64,000 nucleotides of DNA, taken from contig JANOZK010000111.1 in NCBI GenBank assembly GCA_031429335.1, positions 4,701 to 68,700 on the forward strand, written 5' to 3'. The notes under the pieces are model-generated. The model searched no databases, was not told where the DNA came from, and was given only the letters and a program-made list of their open reading frames with translations. Source of the DNA: Chitinophagaceae bacterium. Lineage in GTDB: Bacteria > Bacteroidota > Bacteroidia > Chitinophagales > Chitinophagaceae. A program made the translations under genes and the position numbers. This document shows positions 59,431 to 64,000 of the stretch, piece by piece; positions within the stretch are counted from its first letter, which is position 1; each line of letters starts with the position of its first letter.

Positions 59431-59457
59431 TTTCTTACAGATATCTGAATAATAAAT

Positions 59458-61248
59458 TTAATAACAATAACCATTTGCTTCTAACATTTTATTGCAAACC
59501 CTTCTTCTTGCTTCTTTACTATTAAAAGGTTTTACTTTAGTAAATCGTTTTAAGCCAATATGCATCATTCTTAATTCATCACCATCGGCAAAGCTGTTTA
59601 AAGCATCTTTACCTGCTTTATTAATTCTGTCGGCTGCATCGTAAATAAAAGTACGCATCATATCAATTTGTAAGGCTGTTGCAGCTTCTCCTTGCTTTTC
59701 TACCAACTTTAGTACACGTAATAATGCACTTTCTGCATGAAAAGTTTCAATAGACATATCGGCAATATTCATTAATACTTCTTGTTCTTTATCTAAACTC
59801 ATCATTAGCTTTTGAACAGCAGCACCAGCTACCATTAAAATTGATTTTTTGAAGTTGTTAATGTATTTTATTTCTTTCGCAAATGCTCCTTCGTCTTCGC
59901 TACCAAAATCTGGTATGCTCATTAACTCTTTCTGAACATTCATAGCAGGGCCCATTAAATCTAGCTTACCCTTCATTGCACGTTTTAATACCATATCAAC
60001 TGTTAGTAAACGGTTTATTTCGTTGGTACCTTCATAAATACGATTAATACGAGAATCTCTGTATGCTTTGCTTATTAAATATTCATCGCTAAAACCATTG
60101 CCTCCGTGAACTTGCACACCTTCGTCTACCACATAATCCAAAACTTCGCTACCAAATACTTTTAGCATAGCACACTCAATTGCAAATTCTTCAGCAGCAC
60201 CTAATAAGGCTTCGGCAAAAGGTTTGCCCTCTGTTTGCAAATCGTGTTCTTTGTCGGCAATCCATTTAGCAGTTCGGTATAATGCACTTTCGCCTACCCA
60301 AATGCGTATGGCCATTTCGGCTAACTTATGTTTTATAGCTCCAAATTTTGCAATAGGTAATTTAAATTGTTCTCTTGTATTTGCATATTGAATACTGGTT
60401 GTAGCTGCACCTTTACTACCACCCAATGTAGCTGCACATAATTTTAAACGACCAATGTTTAAAATATTAAAAGCAATGATGTGACCTTTACCAATTTCGC
60501 CCAATAAGTTTTCTACAGGTACTTTGCAATCTTGAAAATATAACTGTACAGTTGATGAGCCTTTGATGCCCATTTTATGTTCTTCTGGTCCTTGGGTAAA
60601 ACCTTCTATACCCTTATCTAAAATAAAGCCTGTGAATTTTTCACCATCAATTTTTGCAAATACCGTAAAAACATCTGCAAAACCACCATTGGTAATCCAA
60701 CATTTTTGTCCATTTAAAATATAATGTTTACCATCTTCACTTAATACTGCTGTGGTTTTTGCACTCAAAGCATCGCTACCACTGTTGGGTTCTGTAAGCC
60801 CATAAGCTCCTTTCCACTCGCCACTTGCCAACTTAGGAATGTATTTTTGTTTTTGTGCCTCTGTTCCAAAATACAAAATAGGCAAACTACCAATGCCTGT
60901 ATGTGCAGCAATGGCAACACTAAAACTATAACCACCACCTAAACCTTCATTTACAATGGTGCTGGTAATAAAATCTTTACCCAACCCACCTAAATCTTCA
61001 GGAAAAGAGGTAGACAATAACCCTTGTTCACCTGCTTTTTCCATTAGGCTGGCCATAAGGCCTTCTTCTTGTTTATCAATTCTGTCTATTATTGGATGAA
61101 TTTCGGATGCCAAAAATTGATGACACATATCCATCACCATTTTTTGCTCTTCGTTAAAGTCTTCAGGTGTAAATGTTTCAAATGGGTTACTATCTTTAAT
61201 AATCCATTCGCCGCCTTTTAAGGCTGTAGTGGTGGTTGTGGCACTCAT
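59458..61248 (-). CDS. Long-form acyl-CoA dehydrogenase
   Basis: 596 aa. GLTEPNSGSD, CWITNGG and YEGTNEI motifs, plus a C-terminal extension typical of the ~600-aa ACAD subgroup. Confidence 0.92.
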   Translation of the reverse strand: MSATTTTTALKGGEWIIKDSNPFETFTPEDFNEEQKMVMDMCHQFLASEIHPIIDRIDKQEEGLMASLMEKAGEQGLLSTSFPEDLGGLGKDFITSTIVNEGLGGGYSFSVAIAAHTGIGSLPILYFGTEAQKQKYIPKLASGEWKGAYGLTEPNSGSDALSAKTTAVLSEDGKHYILNGQKCWITNGGFADVFTVFAKIDGEKFTGFILDKGIEGFTQGPEEHKMGIKGSSTVQLYFQDCKVPVENLLGEIGKGHIIAFNILNIGRLKLCAATLGGSKGAATTSIQYANTREQFKLPIAKFGAIKHKLAEMAIRIWVGESALYRTAKWIADKEHDLQTEGKPFAEALLGAAEEFAIECAMLKVFGSEVLDYVVDEGVQVHGGNGFSDEYLISKAYRDSRINRIYEGTNEINRLLTVDMVLKRAMKGKLDLMGPAMNVQKELMSIPDFGSEDEGAFAKEIKYINNFKKSILMVAGAAVQKLMMSLDKEQEVLMNIADMSIETFHAESALLRVLKLVEKQGEAATALQIDMMRTFIYDAADRINKAGKDALNSFADGDELRMMHIGLKRFTKVKPFNSKEARRRVCNKMLEANGYCY

Positions 61249-61451
61249 AAAAAAATGAAATTTTAGTTTTATTAATAATTTTATTACCAGCTTTTGTAAA
61301 CCTTATCAACACTTGTTGCGTTGTGAACAATCCTGCTTATTGCAGGGCACACTTGTACTTTTAAAACGCCACTCAACACCACAATTAACTCACACACTTG
61401 TACAACCATTACCTACTTCACCATTCACGATTGCCTATTCACCATTCACCA

Positions 61452-61895
61452 CTAGCTTGTTAAATTATCGTACACTTTTTGCAAAACGTTTTTTACTGTT
61501 TCAATTTCGTCTTTGTTAACGCCTACCAAGGCTTCATCCATGGTTTGGTTAGCAAGGCTAATGGTAATATCATGTAATTGCAAAGCGTTATCTGTTAAGT
61601 AAACCGAGTTGATCCGTCTGTCTTCTTTACTTGCCACACGTTTTACTAGGTTTAGTTTTTCTAAGTTGTCTAATAGCCTAGTAATACTGGGTTTATCTCT
61701 AAAAGTTCTGTTACACAATTCTTGTTGGCTAAGGCCATTTTGTTTCCATAAATGGTATAAAATGCTCCACTGTTCTATGGTAATTTCCAAGCCCTCGTTT
61801 CTAAAATGCTTTTGCAGCCTACGTGCAATTGCAGTAGCCGCCATAGCATTAATTACGCTGTATAATTCTCCTCTCTTAAATTGGTTGTTTGGCAT
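61452..61895 (-). CDS. MarR-family transcriptional regulator
   Basis: The ATG at 61895 gives MPNNQFK.... wHTH segment GLSQQELCNRTFRDKPSITRLLDNLEKLNLVKRV..DRR. Confidence 0.85.
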   Translation of the reverse strand: MPNNQFKRGELYSVINAMAATAIARRLQKHFRNEGLEITIEQWSILYHLWKQNGLSQQELCNRTFRDKPSITRLLDNLEKLNLVKRVASKEDRRINSVYLTDNALQLHDITISLANQTMDEALVGVNKDEIETVKNVLQKVYDNLTS

Positions 61896-62171
61896 ATAGT
61901 TGTTTATGCAACTATTCAAAGGTAAGCTGTTATTTTATTTAAGCAAAAAAAGTTTTGTGAAAAAAAATATGTAGAGGTTTACTGTTGTAAATGTTGCTGA
62001 AAGCAACAGAATAGAACTTCGAGATGAAGACCTCTCGAGGAGCAGGGGATTTTGAGAATTGGAACCTTGGGGGATTTGGTTACCTGATTAAAGTTGTTAG
62101 GGACAAGAACCAAGGCGGAGGAATAAGAAAAATTTTGTAAAAACTTGTTACTCTATATTCCTTCAGCCCAA

Positions 62172-62273
62172 AGGCTGGGGGATTGCAGCAAAGTAGCTCC
62201 TGCTAACCAGCAGGACTACTTGCGTAAAGCCCCAACTGCAGCCTATACATATTGTACTGTTGACAGCCCCTAA
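62172..62273 (+). repeat. ~100-nt structured intergenic repeat, family A/B, copy B
   Basis: It aligns with 16746-16846. The internal stem tcctgct/agcagga is conserved while the loop differs (aacc vs gcat). The 3' end overlaps the stop codon of the 62270-63244 gene. Confidence 0.8.
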
Positions 62274-63244
62274 TTATTATCTCTTATCACCGCAGGCCTT
62301 TGAGAAATTTCGTGGTAACACAAAACACCATCTGCATAATAATGGGCCACCATACTTTTACGAGTTAGTACTGGGTTTTTTATAGTGGAGCCCCCATGTA
62401 ATAAGTTGGCATGCCAAATTAAAACATCGCCCTTTTTTGCATGAAAATAATGGGGTTTAAGGTGGTTGTCTTTAATAATATGCTCAATTTTTTGTTCGTA
62501 ATTATCGTAATTATTTTCTCCAATTAATAAAGTTGTGTTACCTGTTTGGTAATCTTCGCTCATTACATAATTTAGTTGATGGCTGCCTGGATAATACACC
62601 AACTCACCACTATTTGCTTGCACATCTTCTAACGCAATCCATTGAGCTGCTAAATAGCCCATTGGTTCGGTGCTCATATGTATAAAATCGCTATGGGGTT
62701 TTTGTTCGCTGCCATATACAAAATTGATTGTTTGAAATGGTATGGGTGTTTTCTGAAAAACGAATTCTAAAATTGCCAATAATTTGGGGTCTTTAAATGC
62801 TTCATTAATTGGGGTGCTATGTTGCCAAGCATCCATAATTTTTTTTCCAGTAAAATTATAATCAACGGTATTTTCTGCTTTAAGTCGTTCAATTTCGGCA
62901 TTAATGGCATCTACTTTATTGGCAAACAAACCAGGTATAATCATATAACCTTTTGTTGGCCAACCCAATAATTGTTCTTGAACAACTGCATCGAAGTTCG
63001 CAAACTTTGGGTGTTCTTTTATTTCATTGGTGGTTATGGTGTTTTTATCCATCCATGGAATATTGGTAGATGCATTTTTAATATCTGCATGAGCTATACT
63101 TTGCCAAATAGGCTTTTTAACACCAAACTGTTTATAATGGGCTTTATTTTTTTGTAACTTTTTGAGGTTGGTTAAATTAAACAACCAATAGGTTGCACGT
63201 AGATTTCTTAATATGCCAGAATATTTTTGCACCCATTGTTTCAT
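62270..63244 (-). CDS. Fe(II)/2-oxoglutarate dioxygenase, phytanoyl-CoA dioxygenase (PhyH)-like
   Basis: The ATG at 63244 gives MKQWVQKY.... H-x-D (PHSDFIH) and a distal His (WHANLLHGGS) sit in a jelly-roll-sized protein. Confidence 0.6.
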   Translation of the reverse strand: MKQWVQKYSGILRNLRATYWLFNLTNLKKLQKNKAHYKQFGVKKPIWQSIAHADIKNASTNIPWMDKNTITTNEIKEHPKFANFDAVVQEQLLGWPTKGYMIIPGLFANKVDAINAEIERLKAENTVDYNFTGKKIMDAWQHSTPINEAFKDPKLLAILEFVFQKTPIPFQTINFVYGSEQKPHSDFIHMSTEPMGYLAAQWIALEDVQANSGELVYYPGSHQLNYVMSEDYQTGNTTLLIGENNYDNYEQKIEHIIKDNHLKPHYFHAKKGDVLIWHANLLHGGSTIKNPVLTRKSMVAHYYADGVLCYHEISQRPAVIRDNN

Positions 63245-63427
63245 CTGTATAGTTTTTAGTTTCGCAGCCAAAGGCTGCTTATATTTTTGCCAGATGTAAT
63301 GCCTTGATAATCATCTATGATTGATATGCACTTGTTTATGGCATTTCATATTTGTAAAAGTAAAGTTTAGGTTTCATCTATTCAAAAAACAAACATTTGT
63401 ATTGTACTATATTGTTTCTTTGTAACA

Positions 63428-64000
63428 ATGTGGTTAATTTTTGACATAGTAGTGTTATCCATCTTGTTTGCAGGATATGCAACTATTTTATTGTTTTATC
63501 GTAAATGGTTTTTGCAATTAATCCCTTTTGCAAAGCCCGTTGGCATTTTACCCAATACAACCTTTAGCATTATCATTCCTGCAAGGAACGAGGCAGCTTA
63601 TATTGGCTCTTGCTTGCAAAGTTTTGTACAACAAAATTATCCAGCCGATTTGGTAGAAATTATTGTAATAGATGATCACAGCACTGATGAAACGAGTGCA
63701 ATTGTTGAGCAATTTAGAGCAACCCATTACAATATTAAATTAATTAAATTAGTAGATGAGTTAAATGGAGAAGTACTTAACTCCTATAAAAAAAAGGCTA
63801 TTGAAAATGCTATTGGGTATGCAACTGGAAATTGGATTATTACCACCGATGCCGATTGTACAGCAAAACCCAATTGGCTTTTAACTTACGATGCCTATAT
63901 ACAAAGTAAAAAAGATGTATTTATTGCAGCACCTGTAGCCTTTACCAACGATGGAAGTGTATTGCAAACATTTCAATATATAGATTTTATGAGTTTGCAA
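63428..64000 (+). CDS. Family-2 glycosyltransferase (N-terminal part; continues beyond the window end)
   Basis: Hand translation from the ATG at 63428: TM helix, then FSIIIPARNEAAYI...IIVIDDHSTDET...ITTDADC. It is open to position 64000 and absent from the ORF track. Confidence 0.8.
   Translation, partial: MWLIFDIVVLSILFAGYATILLFYRKWFLQLIPFAKPVGILPNTTFSIIIPARNEAAYIGSCLQSFVQQNYPADLVEIIVIDDHSTDETSAIVEQFRATHYNIKLIKLVDELNGEVLNSYKKKAIENAIGYATGNWIITTDADCTAKPNWLLTYDAYIQSKKDVFIAAPVAFTNDGSVLQTFQYIDFMSLQ

Overview
64-kb chromosomal window from a low-GC Bacteroidota genome, probably Chitinophagia/Sphingobacteriia-like. Supporting signs: a SusC/SusD pair, two proteins with T9SS C-terminal sorting domains, TAnnTTTG-type -7 boxes, and many TTG run-ins in the ORF track. 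Most of the window is housekeeping. Recognisable genes include rimP-nusA-infB, hflX, fabD, alaS, ligA, asd, a uvrD/pcrA-like helicase, gmk and corA, plus an acyl-CoA dehydrogenase with a MarR regulator and two tRNAs. One complete alpha-glucan polysaccharide utilisation locus lies at 26.8-38.5 kb: a T9SS-sorted GH13 amylase, SusC, SusD, three surface-protein genes and an NrtR-like Nudix regulator. The clearest accessory patch is 8.9-12.3 kb, immediately 3' of tRNA-Asn. It holds a small GIY-YIG nuclease ORF that reads into a rearranged second tRNA-Asn copy, a Y1/HUH (RAYT-type) transposase flanked by mirrored GTAG hairpin pairs, an SRPBCC protein and a self-inhibited Fic protein. A perfect 48-bp direct repeat brackets 1.48 kb of this patch, and no integrase is present. 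Other non-standard signals are short palindromic in-frame insertions in ligA and alaS, three or more intergenic repeat families, a free-standing NUMOD4/HNH endonuclease-like gene, and terminator-like or long leaders in front of rimP and asd. I do not see a convincing multi-gene novel system such as a defence island, CRISPR, DGR, retron or prophage. The findings below are individually modest and are scored accordingly. All coordinates of hairpins and repeats were counted by hand from the numbered sequence.
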